A stretch of DNA of 56,722 nucleotides from Acutalibacteraceae bacterium (GTDB lineage: Bacteria; Bacillota; Clostridia; Oscillospirales; Acutalibacteraceae): NCBI GenBank assembly GCA_045592465.1, contig JAZNUW010000110.1:1-56722 (forward strand), given 5' to 3'. A program made the translations under genes and the position numbers. Positions within the stretch are counted from its first letter, which is position 1. Each line of letters opens with the position of its first letter. Below the pieces are notes generated by a model that was given only the letters and a program-made list of their open reading frames with translations, did not search any database and was not told the origin of the DNA. Shown in pieces: positions 38,371-47,863 of this stretch.

Positions 38371-39066
38371 TTATTCTCCTTTTGCCGTTAATTCGTCAGT
38401 TATTTCACTGAGAAATTTATACATAGGTGTGAAAGCTCTCAGGGCATAAATCAGTTCTTCCTTAATTGAGCCGTCGATAAGCTTTGACATATCGTTTGAA
38501 TAGTGTGTGAAGCCGAAATTTTTAGCATTATAAAACAGTCTGAGCTTTTTATCAGCATTTTCAATTCCGGGTCTATCCTTTTTATATGAGTCCATATAGA
38601 GCTCAGCACCTGTTATTTCAACACCCTTAAGTGCCTTTCTGAACTCTGAGGGCTTTTCAATAAGTTTCTTTCTGAATGCCTCAAGCCCTGTTGCGTCAAA
38701 ACGGAACATAGCAACGCCGTAGCTGTAACCCTCAGGAAAAAACTCAAACCACATACACGGAAAGTTTTCCCACTGATGCTTATCTCGCATAAACATACAC
38801 CAGATGTTGCTTCTGTATAATTCCTTGTTTTTGGAATAACGCGTGTCACGTCTGACTCTCGACACCATTTTTGTGGGAATAAGATTCATTTTCGGGTCAA
38901 TGCGATAAAGTTCATCGCTCAGATCCGAGCAAAGCTGACGCATTGGAACTATTGACATTCTTTTTATGTCGTCTTTTACACTCTCATAAAAATCTCTTGA
39001 ATCATTAAATTTATTCATTTCAAGAAGCATAAAGCCATTGGCATCAAAGCCCTTGAATTCACCCAT
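38371..39066 (-). CDS. DUF2461 (TIGR02453-like) family protein
   Basis: ORF 38371-39087 (TTG). ATG 39066 sits 1 nt after the upstream stop. Pattern FLLEMNKFNDSRDFYE...RVRRDTRYSKNKELYRS recalls DUF2461. Confidence 0.7.
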   Translation of the reverse strand: MGEFKGFDANGFMLLEMNKFNDSRDFYESVKDDIKRMSIVPMRQLCSDLSDELYRIDPKMNLIPTKMVSRVRRDTRYSKNKELYRSNIWCMFMRDKHQWENFPCMWFEFFPEGYSYGVAMFRFDATGLEAFRKKLIEKPSEFRKALKGVEITGAELYMDSYKKDRPGIENADKKLRLFYNAKNFGFTHYSNDMSKLIDGSIKEELIYALRAFTPMYKFLSEITDELTAKGE

Positions 39067-39067
39067 T

Positions 39068-40336
39068 TCAGTTACCTTCTTTTTCAAGTACTTTCAAAAC
39101 ATTCTCGGCAGCGTACATAACAGCAACCTTGGCCGAATGGAAATTGAGGCCGCCCTGAAGCCAGACTGCATAAGGCTCACGCAAGGGAGCATCAGCTGAA
39201 AGCTCAATTGAAGAGCCGAGCGTGAAGGCACCCGCAGCCATAATTACCTTGCTGTCATAGCCGGGCATTTCCCACGGCTCAGGTGTAACAAAGGAATCAA
39301 CAGGTGAACCTTTCTGTATGCCCTGACAAAAGGCAATGAGATTTTCACTGTTTCTGAGTCTTACAGCCTGAATGATATCGTGTCTTATTTCACCGCTGAC
39401 AGGTGTTGGATCAAAGCCGAGAAGAGTGAACAGTGCTGCTGTGAAAGCAGCCGTTTTAAGAGCCTCACCCACAACATGGGGTGCAGAAAAGATTCCCATA
39501 AACAGCTCTCTGGAATGGCCGAGAGTTGCACCGACTTCTCTTCCGAGTCCGGGAGTTGTGAGTCTGAAGGCACACTTTTCAACCAGTTCTTTTTTGCCTG
39601 CTATATAACCGCCGGTTCTTGCAATACCGCCACCGGGATTTTTAATAAGTGAGCCTGCCATAAGGTCAGCACCGACATCTGTAGGCTCGAGTTTTTCAAC
39701 AAATTCACCGTAGCAGTTATCAACCATTACAACTGCATCGGAGTTTTCTCTTGTTATTTCAACAATTTTTTTGATTTCGGAAACGCTGAGTGAGGGTCTG
39801 AGGCTATAACCTCTTGAGCGCTGGATATAAACCATTTTGACATCACCATGAGTGAGTCTTTCGGCAATTGCATCATAATCTACTCTGCCGTTTTCATCAA
39901 GAGCAACCTCATCATACTTTACGCCGTAATCCTTAAGCGAGCCCATATCGTTTCCGTCATCGGCAATTCCGATAACAGGCTGAATTGTGTCATAGGGCCT
40001 TCCTGTTACAGAAAGCATTGTGTCTCCGGGTCTGAGCACTCCGAAAAGAGCAACTGTGAGTGTATGAGTGCCGCAGGTGAAGTTATGGCGTACCATTGCA
40101 TCCTCAGCGCCGACAGCCTGAGCAAACACGCGGTCTATAACCTCTCTGCCCCTGTCGTTGTAGCCGTAGCCTGTGCTTTCAGAAAACATTCCCTCACTGA
40201 CATTGTTATCAATGAAAGCCTTGAGCATTTTTTTCTGATTATATTCTGTTACTTCGTCTATTGCAAGAAATTCGCACTTAGCCTTTTCAAGGGCTTTACA
40301 TGACAATTCCTCGACTCTTTTATCAAAACTAAACAT
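39068..40336 (-). CDS. ynbB: YnbB / aluminium-resistance family PLP-dependent (Cys/Met metabolism-like) protein
   Basis: ORF 39068-40465; ATG 40336 lies 8 nt after AAGGA. STGYGYNDRGRE, TCGTHT and the SLIKNPGGG (Lys) motif typical of the family. Confidence 0.8.
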   Translation of the reverse strand: MFSFDKRVEELSCKALEKAKCEFLAIDEVTEYNQKKMLKAFIDNNVSEGMFSESTGYGYNDRGREVIDRVFAQAVGAEDAMVRHNFTCGTHTLTVALFGVLRPGDTMLSVTGRPYDTIQPVIGIADDGNDMGSLKDYGVKYDEVALDENGRVDYDAIAERLTHGDVKMVYIQRSRGYSLRPSLSVSEIKKIVEITRENSDAVVMVDNCYGEFVEKLEPTDVGADLMAGSLIKNPGGGIARTGGYIAGKKELVEKCAFRLTTPGLGREVGATLGHSRELFMGIFSAPHVVGEALKTAAFTAALFTLLGFDPTPVSGEIRHDIIQAVRLRNSENLIAFCQGIQKGSPVDSFVTPEPWEMPGYDSKVIMAAGAFTLGSSIELSADAPLREPYAVWLQGGLNFHSAKVAVMYAAENVLKVLEKEGN

Positions 40337-40358
40337 ATTTAATTTCCTTTTTAATTCT

Positions 40359-41114
40359 TCAATAATGTATAAAATGAATATTGCCTGCGAAAACGAAACC
40401 CAGATGCTCATAAAAGCCGCATGCGGAATCGTTGAGCGCAATAACATAAACTTCTTTATTTTCACTTATCAGCTCATTGACGGCTGACATAACTGTTTTT
40501 CTGCCAAGACCCTTACCACGCGCTTGAGTGCTTGTTGCAACTGCACTGAGTATTGCAGAATTTTCTGTCTCACTGCTTGTTATAACCGACGAAAGCAGAA
40601 TTCCGTTTTCAACAACACCTTTACTTCTTGAAAGCCCCCTTCTGTTTCTGAAGGTAAAATCAGAAAGCCAAGAAAGATAAGCCTCATCAGAATCTTCGAA
40701 TGAACCCGGGATATTCTGAGAAACAAGGGAATAAAGCTGCTTATAATAAGCTTCATCAATGCTTCTTAAGCTTTCACAGTCTGCATTTCCGCGGAAAACA
40801 TATGATTTCTTCACAGCAGCATGGGCGTAGCCTGAATTCGATGAAAAATACTCATCACAGACAAGCTCGTTAAATGAAAGCATATCGCAAAAATCTCTGA
40901 GTTCACGGATATCACAGCCTTCGGCTACTTTAACTGTAATATTATCATAAAACTTTGCCACAACGCCTTTTATTTCACCGTCAAAGATGCTGATCCAGAC
41001 ACTGAAGAAATCTCTGTTAAAGCCATAAGAAAGACAGTAGCAGGCTATTCTCGTACCGATAAGATCACCCGAGCAGAATCCGAGAATGCTCCCGAGGTCA
41101 CTTTCATTAGCCAT
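40359..41114 (-). CDS. GNAT-family N-acetyltransferase (two-lobed)
   Basis: ORF 40359-41159; ATG 41114 lies 1 nt after the upstream TAA. Acetyl-CoA motif A QARGKGLGRK in the C-terminal half. Confidence 0.7.
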   Translation of the reverse strand: MANESDLGSILGFCSGDLIGTRIACYCLSYGFNRDFFSVWISIFDGEIKGVVAKFYDNITVKVAEGCDIRELRDFCDMLSFNELVCDEYFSSNSGYAHAAVKKSYVFRGNADCESLRSIDEAYYKQLYSLVSQNIPGSFEDSDEAYLSWLSDFTFRNRRGLSRSKGVVENGILLSSVITSSETENSAILSAVATSTQARGKGLGRKTVMSAVNELISENKEVYVIALNDSACGFYEHLGFVFAGNIHFIHY

Positions 41115-41115
41115 A

Positions 41116-42135
41116 TTAAGCATTGGCGTACTCCTCAAACAAGGCCTTTGCAAGCTCAAAGCAGGAATTCATATCCCTTTTGTCGCCGACAGATGTGCCT
41201 GAATGAATATATCTGCAGGGTAATGAAACAGCTATTGTGTAAACACCTTCACACGCCTTATGAATTGCGCCTGCATCGTTTCCGCCCGCAACAGTTGTTT
41301 TAGGCTGAACGGGGATGTTCTTTTCCTTGGCAAGTCTGAAAGCACCCTTGAACATATCCATGTTATATATAGTTGATCTGTCCATGAATGAGACTACGGC
41401 GCCTTTTCCCTGAATACACACTGAATTTTCTTCACTGACACCTGAAATATCAGATGCGGTGGTGGCTTCAAGCACAATTGCATAATCGGGCCTTATGCTG
41501 AAAACAGCAGGACCTGCACCTCTGCAGCCCACCTCTTCCTGAACAAGAAAGGCAAAATGACAGTCATAGTCAAGCTCTGATTCAATCAATTTAAGCATAA
41601 TTGCACAGCCGAAACGGTCATCAATTGCTTTAGCTTTGATTTTGTCCTTGCCGAATTCAACAAAATCTGATTCAAAATAAACACAGTCACCAATTGAAAC
41701 GGCTTTCTCTGCTTCTTCTTTAGAGGATGCACCGATGTCGATATAAAGCTTGTCAAGTGAAGGAACTGTCTTTTCTTCGTCACCCTGAGTGAGATGAAGA
41801 GCCTTGTTGCCGATTACGCCTGCAACGCCTTTTTCGCCGACTCTGACACATCTGCCTGCAACAACCTTAGAATCAACTCCACCAACATTGGTGAAGCGAA
41901 GACAGCCATTATCGCAAATATATGTCACAATGAAACCGACCTCATCCATGTGAGCTGAAAGCATCACCTTATTTTTAGCGGCGGCCTTACCCTTTTTGAA
42001 AGCGAGAATATTGCCCATGGGGTCAACGGTATAATCACACTTTCCGTCAATTCGGCTGATTATATAATTTCTTACGTTTTTTTCATCGCCGGATATACCG
42101 TTGATAAGGCAAAGCTCTCTGAGAGTTTCAAGCAT
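41116..42135 (-). CDS. M42 family metallo-aminopeptidase (FrvX/YsdC-like)
   Basis: ORF 41116-42195; ATG 42135 lies 9 nt after GGAGG and overlaps the upstream stop. Metal ligand motifs AHMDEVG, IDDRFG, VQEEVG. Confidence 0.88.
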   Translation of the reverse strand: MLETLRELCLINGISGDEKNVRNYIISRIDGKCDYTVDPMGNILAFKKGKAAAKNKVMLSAHMDEVGFIVTYICDNGCLRFTNVGGVDSKVVAGRCVRVGEKGVAGVIGNKALHLTQGDEEKTVPSLDKLYIDIGASSKEEAEKAVSIGDCVYFESDFVEFGKDKIKAKAIDDRFGCAIMLKLIESELDYDCHFAFLVQEEVGCRGAGPAVFSIRPDYAIVLEATTASDISGVSEENSVCIQGKGAVVSFMDRSTIYNMDMFKGAFRLAKEKNIPVQPKTTVAGGNDAGAIHKACEGVYTIAVSLPCRYIHSGTSVGDKRDMNSCFELAKALFEEYANA

Positions 42136-43150
42136 TATATTCAGCCTCCTTTTTAAGAAGATATTCAGCAATAAGCTGCGCTGTGTTTTCAACATCCTTA
42201 AGGGATATCACTTCATTTGCCGTATGCATATATCTGAGCGGTACTGACAAAAGCGCGGTTTTAACACCGCAGCCGGTTATGTTGATGGAATCGGCATTAG
42301 TACCTGTTCTGCCGCCCATAACATCGTGCTGATAGGGTATATTTCTGCTCTTTGCAATATCAATAAGCTCGTTGGTAAATTCTCTGTCAAGAGTCGGGCT
42401 TATGCCGATAGAGGGACCTGCACCGAGCTTGATGGTCTGAGTTTTATCGGTGTATGCGTCGTCGCCGAAGCCGACATCAACAGCAATAGCATAATCGGGC
42501 ATAAGAGAAAACGCACCCGTCTTTGCACCGCTGCCGCTTGTTTCCTCTTGCGTGGAAAACAAAACGCTGACACGGATATTATGAAGCTTATTATGAGTGA
42601 GCTCAAGAGCGCGCAAAATAGCGGCAACACAGCATCTGTCATCAAAAGCCGATGAGGATATCTTATCACCGAGCATTTCGTGTGAAACACATCTGAGAGT
42701 GATTCTGTCACCGATTTCAACAAGGCTTTCGGCAGTTTCTTTATCATACCCTATATCCACTGCCATTGTTTTTATATCAAGACTTTCCTTTTTGTCGCCC
42801 TTCTGCAGATGAGGAGGCACCGAACAAATAACTCCGAAAAGCTTCTGCTTTGCGTGAACAATAACCTCCGCACCGGTCAGAACACGTAAATCCATTCCGC
42901 CGACCTTATCAACAAGCAGAAAGCCCTTTTCATCAATAGCTCTGACAACCATGCCTATCTGGTCAATGTGGGCATCAAGGAGAATGTGAACACTGCCCTC
43001 ACCCATTGTTCCGCGTACATTGCCAAGGCGGTCCGTTTGCGTATTCATATATTTGCTCAGAAGCTCTGCCGAATAACAGACCGCCTCTTTTTCGTCACCT
43101 GAAGTTCCGCACTTTTCAGCCAGAGAAAAACAAAGATGTTTCAAATCCAT
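42128..43150 (-). CDS. M42 family metallo-aminopeptidase (second paralogue)
   Basis: 340 aa. Motifs AHIDQIG, FDDRCC, TQEETS. Confidence 0.88.
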   Translation of the reverse strand: MDLKHLCFSLAEKCGTSGDEKEAVCYSAELLSKYMNTQTDRLGNVRGTMGEGSVHILLDAHIDQIGMVVRAIDEKGFLLVDKVGGMDLRVLTGAEVIVHAKQKLFGVICSVPPHLQKGDKKESLDIKTMAVDIGYDKETAESLVEIGDRITLRCVSHEMLGDKISSSAFDDRCCVAAILRALELTHNKLHNIRVSVLFSTQEETSGSGAKTGAFSLMPDYAIAVDVGFGDDAYTDKTQTIKLGAGPSIGISPTLDREFTNELIDIAKSRNIPYQHDVMGGRTGTNADSINITGCGVKTALLSVPLRYMHTANEVISLKDVENTAQLIAEYLLKKEAEYNA

Positions 43151-43185
43151 AATCTATTCCTTCTTAAAAAATCATATTCTTAGTT

Positions 43186-43214
43186 ATTATACTCTCTTGA
43201 CGCATAAAAATCAA
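43186..43214 (-). promoter_or_regulatory. sigma-A-type promoter candidate for the M42 operon
   Basis: Minus strand TTGATT (43214-43209), 17-nt spacer, TATAAT (43191-43186), 36 nt upstream of ATG 43150. Confidence 0.55.
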
Positions 43215-43245
43215 CCGAAAACAGAGTAATTTGCCCCTTGTAAAA

Positions 43246-43278
43246 GCAAAAAAGTACGCAGGATAATTCCCGCGTACT
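43246..43278 (-). terminator. rho-independent terminator after the DUF378 gene
   Basis: Minus strand AGTACGCGGG-AATTAT-CCTGCGTACT (one mismatch) followed by TTTTTT, 13 nt after the stop at 43291. Confidence 0.7.
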
Positions 43279-43290
43279 GATAATATGCGA

Positions 43291-43506
43291 TTATTCTTTT
43301 GTTTTCGGTGCGTCATCAACTCTTGTGCTGAAAAGAAGGGATATGCACCATATAGCGCCAAGAGCAACAAGGGTGTAAATGATCCTGCTGATAATGGCGT
43401 TTTGTCCGCCGAAAATCCAGGCCACAAGATCAAACTGAAAAATGCCGATAAGTCCCCAGTTGATGCCACCGATAATTGTAAGAATCAATGCAATTTTGTC
43501 AAGCAT
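43291..43506 (-). CDS. DUF378 family small membrane protein
   Basis: 71 aa with two TM helices. IGGINWGLIG motif characteristic of DUF378. Confidence 0.8.
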   Translation of the reverse strand: MLDKIALILTIIGGINWGLIGIFQFDLVAWIFGGQNAIISRIIYTLVALGAIWCISLLFSTRVDDAPKTKE

Positions 43507-43565
43507 GTAAATTCAACTCCTTTTGATTCTATTATGAGCTGAATTAAAAGCTTTATTCACAAAAA

Positions 43566-44123
43566 TCAAAACTCACTTGCCATAACTGCTGAGCCGAAAA
43601 CATTTTTCACGATTTTAAAATCGTTTTTTAGATAAAATTTAATTGCAGGCTTATTGCTCATACCACAGGAAAGCATAACATTATTAATCTTCTTTGATTT
43701 GAGATGTGCCTTCAGTTCGTTCATAAGTCTTGTGCCGACACCCTGACCCTGACAGACATCGAGAATATCAATGTGAAGATGTGCGGGATATTTCTTTGAA
43801 TAAACCTTATGAGTGAGAATTTCACCGAGCATCATTGTGTAATAATTAAAGCCCATTTCTCTGATTTCAGGCAGATAAAATCTCTTCATTGTTTCATAGA
43901 AATCATAGAAGTTTTCGCTGCAGAGTATGTATCCGACTGCTTCATCATTTTCGTTGACTGCAACAAAAATGTTCTCAGGCTCATTCTCAGTGTAATAATC
44001 GTTGAATGCCACTGTTAGAAAATCCTGATCAATTTTCTTTTCGTGAGGCAGTTTTGATGTTTCAATGCAGATCATTCTTAATCTTTCTTTGTCCTTTGGC
44101 TGATACTTTCTGATGTTAATCAT
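43566..44123 (-). CDS. GNAT-family N-acetyltransferase
   Basis: ORF 43566-44138; ATG 44123 overlaps the glpP stop (ATGA). Motif A CQGQGVGTRLM. Confidence 0.8.
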   Translation of the reverse strand: MINIRKYQPKDKERLRMICIETSKLPHEKKIDQDFLTVAFNDYYTENEPENIFVAVNENDEAVGYILCSENFYDFYETMKRFYLPEIREMGFNYYTMMLGEILTHKVYSKKYPAHLHIDILDVCQGQGVGTRLMNELKAHLKSKKINNVMLSCGMSNKPAIKFYLKNDFKIVKNVFGSAVMASEF

Positions 44124-44692
44124 AATTTCATCTCCCATATAAGCTTTGACGATGTTGAAACGCCTAAAGCTCCGTTTTTAATTGCATTTTCCACTTCGGT
44201 TGTTTCACTGACAAGTCCACCCACAATAACAGGCACTTCGAGTGTGTTGCTCAGCTGCTTTGTGATTCTCGGCATAATGCCCGGCAAAATTTCTATTGCA
44301 TCGGGCTCAATCATCTGTGAAGCCTTGACAGCTGTGTCGATGGAAAGAGAGTCAATGATAAAAATTCTCTGCACAGTGAGAAGACCAAGACTCTTGGCTG
44401 CTTTCAGCTGACTGTTTTTAGTTGAAATTATGCCGTCAGGCTTAACCTCTTCACTGATATATCTGAGTGCAACAACGTCCTTTGAGAAGCCGTCGAGCAA
44501 ATCAACGTGTATAAATATTATTTTTCCTTTTGCCTTTGCTTTTATAACAGCATCCTTTATATTGAATATGCTGCCGCACAAAAGAAACACTACTGAGCAG
44601 TCAGAGTCAAGAGCTGCATCAAGATTGCTCAGATCCTTAACCGCAGCAATAATCGGTTTGCTCTTCATTGTTTCAATAAAAATATTTTTCAT
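44120..44692 (-). CDS. glpP: glycerol-3-phosphate-responsive antiterminator GlpP family protein
   Basis: ORF 44120-44698; ATG 44692 lies 8 nt after GGTGAG. PIIAAVKD, HVDLLDG, GIISTK and LPG(I)MP pattern as in B. subtilis GlpP. Confidence 0.8.
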   Translation of the reverse strand: MKNIFIETMKSKPIIAAVKDLSNLDAALDSDCSVVFLLCGSIFNIKDAVIKAKAKGKIIFIHVDLLDGFSKDVVALRYISEEVKPDGIISTKNSQLKAAKSLGLLTVQRIFIIDSLSIDTAVKASQMIEPDAIEILPGIMPRITKQLSNTLEVPVIVGGLVSETTEVENAIKNGALGVSTSSKLIWEMKL

Positions 44693-44694
44693 TA

Positions 44695-45285
44695 TCACAA
44701 CTCACCTTTCAATGCTCTGTCAATAATACCGCGTAATTCCTCAACACCGTCTCCCTTTGTTGCGGAAAACGGAACAACACATATATTGCCATACTTTGTA
44801 AGAACACCGCAGATGCTCTCAAGCTGAGACATTCTCTCACCTTTATTGAGCTTATCACATTTTGTCAGAGCAACAACGAAGGGTATTTCACATTCCTTCA
44901 TATATTCTATCATTTCGATATCCTGGGTGCTGGGCGCGTGTCTCATATCTATAAGCTGAACAACAAGACGAAGATCTCTGCCTGAGGAAAAATAGCTTTC
45001 CATAAGGTCGCTCCAACGCTTCTTTTCGTCATGTGAAACCTTAGCATAGCCGTAACCGGGAAGGTCAACAAGACGGCAAGTATCAAGCTTGAAGAAATTG
45101 ATAGTAACGGTTTTTCCGGGCATTGAGCTGACTCTGGCAAGACTTTTGCGCCCCATAAGTCTGTTAAGCAAAGAGCTTTTTCCGACGTTTGACCTGCCTG
45201 AAAAAGCTATCTCAGGCAAATCTGATTCACGAAGCTGGCCTGCTGTTCCGAAGGATGTTTCGAATATTGCATTATCAAATCTCAT
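44695..45285 (-). CDS. engB: ribosome biogenesis GTPase YsxC/EngB
   Basis: 196 aa. G1 GRSNVGKSS, G3 DLPGYG, G4 TKCDK. lon-engB pair as in Bacillus lonA-ysxC. Confidence 0.93.
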   Translation of the reverse strand: MRFDNAIFETSFGTAGQLRESDLPEIAFSGRSNVGKSSLLNRLMGRKSLARVSSMPGKTVTINFFKLDTCRLVDLPGYGYAKVSHDEKKRWSDLMESYFSSGRDLRLVVQLIDMRHAPSTQDIEMIEYMKECEIPFVVALTKCDKLNKGERMSQLESICGVLTKYGNICVVPFSATKGDGVEELRGIIDRALKGEL

Positions 45286-47710
45286 TTGCTTCCCTCCCTG
45301 AATTGCGCATGGGTGCGCCTATATTTTTATTACCTCTTGTTATTTTAACCGAGGATTTTTTATCACTGAGACGGGCAGTTGCTCCGATAAGAGCCGCTGC
45401 AAAAACCTCCTGAGCATTTGAAACAGGAATAAATTCAAGGCTTTCTCTCACCACTGCATCAAGCTCCCATAAATCCGACATATTTTCTTTGGGAATAATT
45501 ACCTTTTTTGCACCGGATTTATAGGCAGCCATACTCTTTTCTCTCAGACCGCCGATTTTCATAACTCTGCCCGTAAGTGAAATTTCACCTGTCATTGTTA
45601 TAAAACGGTCGACCTTGAATCTGCCCACAGCAGAAAGAATTGCCGTAGCCATTGTCACGCCTGCCGACGGTCCGTCCTTGGGCACAGCACCTTCAGGTGC
45701 GTGAATATGAATGTCATTTTTCGCAAAGAAATCTGAATCGATGTTATATTTATCTGCTATGCTTCTGACAAAGGTCAGCGCCGTCTTAGCAGATTCCTTC
45801 ATAACATCGCCAAGGTTGCCCGTAAGCTCAAGCTTACCCGTACCCGGTGTGACCACAACCTCAACCTGTGTTATTGTGCCGCCGACACTCGTATATGCAA
45901 GACCGTTGACAACACCGATAAGGTCATCGTCTTCAATAGCTTCAGGCATAAATTTCTGTGGACCGAGAAGCTCTTTGATAACTTCAGGTGTTATGCTGAT
46001 TCTTTTTTCGGGCTCAGAAGAAAGTCTGACAGAGCATTTCCTCATAAGCGAAGCTATAACCTGCTCGAGTCTTCTGACACCGGCTTCACGTGTGTAGCCT
46101 TCAATAAGGAATCTCACTGATTTATCGCTGAAACGGATATTATTTCCTGTAAGTGCGTGCAGTTTCATCTGCTTTTTAATCAGATGCTTCTTCGCTATCA
46201 TCAGCTTTTCTTCAGGAGTGTAGCTTGAAAGCTCTATGATTTCCATTCTGTCGAACAAAGGTGACGGAATGGCAGATGCATCGTTTGCCGTTGTGATAAA
46301 AAGCACCTTACTCAGGTCAACAGGGAATTCAAGATAATTATCTCTGAAGGTGTTATTCTGCTCAGGGTCAAGAACCTCAAGAAGCGCCGATGCAGGGTCA
46401 CCCTTATAGCTTGTGCCGAGCTTATCAATTTCATCAAGCAAAACAATAGGATTCATAGATTTTGCCTGAGTCAGAGCATTTATAATTCTGCCCGGCATTG
46501 AGCCGATATAGGTCTTTCTGTGGCCTCTGATTTCAGCCTCGTCATTAACACCGCCAAGAGCAAGGCGCACATATTTTCTGCCCATTGCCTCTGCAATACT
46601 TCTGACTATCGAGGTCTTACCTACACCCGGAGGGCCTACAAGACAGATAATCTGACCCTTGACATTTTCAGTTCTTGCTCTGACAGCAAGCATTTCTATG
46701 AAGCGCTCTTTGACCTCTTTGAGGCCGTAATGGTCTTTTTCAAGCTGCTTCTCAGCATTTGAAAGATCGTAGTTATCCTTGGTGTAATTGCCGAAAGGAA
46801 GACCGAGAGCCGTGTCAAGATAAACTCTGACGACAGAGGCATCAGCACCGCCTGCCTGCATTTTTGAAATTTTTGAGCACTCATAAAGAAGCTTATCTTT
46901 TATCTCATCATTACAATCAAGGTTCAGTATTTTTTCTTTATAGTTCTGAGCTTCAAAGCCAGGCTCTTCTTCGCCTCCGAGCTCAACGGAAATGGCTCTC
47001 ATTTTCTCACGCAGATAATATTCTCTCTGATTTTTATCCATCTGCGCCTGGGTTCTGTTTTCAATGTCAATTTCACAGTGCAGAATCTCGAGCTCTTTTC
47101 TCAGAAGCACATTCAGCTTCTGCAATCTGATAAAAACATCGAGCTCACCCAGAACAAACTGTCTGTCTTTATAATCAGTGAGAACGGTGTTTGCAATTTC
47201 ATCAGCAAGGGAGCCCGCATCTTCGTTTATAAACACTTTTCTGGCGTACTCGACAATATCTGCAGGTGAGTTGCTGACATATTCCTCAAATGAGTTTTTG
47301 ACCTTTCGCATGAGGGCATCAACTTCAAAATCGCTGTAATCACCCATAAACTCACGCGCACGTCTGACGTCGCAGATATAACAGCCGTCATCTGAGAGAT
47401 ATGGCTTGAGCATAACACCTCTGCTCTTTGTTTCAACAACAATTTTATAGCTGCCCGTCTCACTGTCTTTGTTGATCTGTCTTATAACGGCAATAACGCC
47501 GATTTTAAACAATTCATCCGGCTGAGGATCCTCAACGGAAATATCCTTCTGAGTGACAAGAAGAACCTGCTGATCTTCTGACATGGCCTTATCAACAGCA
47601 GCAATTGATTTTTTTCTGCCTACTTCGAAGTGAAAGCGAAGATCGGGAAAAACAACAATTCCTCTCAGTGGTATAACGGGTATTGACTTATATATTAATT
47701 TAGTTGCCAT
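45275..47710 (-). CDS. lon: ATP-dependent Lon protease (LonA)
   Basis: 811 aa. N-terminal LON domain, Walker A GPPGVGKTS, and proteolytic Ser in PKDGPSAG with downstream Lys. Confidence 0.95.
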   Translation of the reverse strand: MATKLIYKSIPVIPLRGIVVFPDLRFHFEVGRKKSIAAVDKAMSEDQQVLLVTQKDISVEDPQPDELFKIGVIAVIRQINKDSETGSYKIVVETKSRGVMLKPYLSDDGCYICDVRRAREFMGDYSDFEVDALMRKVKNSFEEYVSNSPADIVEYARKVFINEDAGSLADEIANTVLTDYKDRQFVLGELDVFIRLQKLNVLLRKELEILHCEIDIENRTQAQMDKNQREYYLREKMRAISVELGGEEEPGFEAQNYKEKILNLDCNDEIKDKLLYECSKISKMQAGGADASVVRVYLDTALGLPFGNYTKDNYDLSNAEKQLEKDHYGLKEVKERFIEMLAVRARTENVKGQIICLVGPPGVGKTSIVRSIAEAMGRKYVRLALGGVNDEAEIRGHRKTYIGSMPGRIINALTQAKSMNPIVLLDEIDKLGTSYKGDPASALLEVLDPEQNNTFRDNYLEFPVDLSKVLFITTANDASAIPSPLFDRMEIIELSSYTPEEKLMIAKKHLIKKQMKLHALTGNNIRFSDKSVRFLIEGYTREAGVRRLEQVIASLMRKCSVRLSSEPEKRISITPEVIKELLGPQKFMPEAIEDDDLIGVVNGLAYTSVGGTITQVEVVVTPGTGKLELTGNLGDVMKESAKTALTFVRSIADKYNIDSDFFAKNDIHIHAPEGAVPKDGPSAGVTMATAILSAVGRFKVDRFITMTGEISLTGRVMKIGGLREKSMAAYKSGAKKVIIPKENMSDLWELDAVVRESLEFIPVSNAQEVFAAALIGATARLSDKKSSVKITRGNKNIGAPMRNSGREANEI

Positions 47711-47750
47711 TAACTTAACATCCTTTGAATTCAGTTGAAAATTTCATATT

Positions 47751-47780
47751 ATTATACTACATAAGCGCATATAAAATCAA
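47751..47780 (-). promoter_or_regulatory. sigma-A-type promoter candidate for lon
   Basis: Minus strand TTGATT (47780-47775), 18-nt spacer, TATAAT (47756-47751), 41 nt upstream of ATG 47710. Confidence 0.45.
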
Positions 47781-47863
47781 CACAAATATGTAAATTTAAG
47801 ATAAGTAAATATTTTAGCTCTGACTGCATATAAATTAACATAACGGTTTAGGAGCTGTTTTTC

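Noticed and set aside
43164-43469. 101-aa minus-strand ORF overlapping the DUF378 gene and its terminator.
   Set aside because: It is in a different frame of the same strand as the clearly recognisable DUF378 protein (IGGINWGL motif). It runs through the terminator hairpin and promoter region and has no RBS.
47711-47863. CIRCE (HrcA) or CtsR operator upstream of lon.
   Set aside because: Only a partial resemblance exists (TTAGCTCTG vs TTAGCACTC), with no matching inverted arm 9 nt away. No GGTCAAA direct repeat is present.
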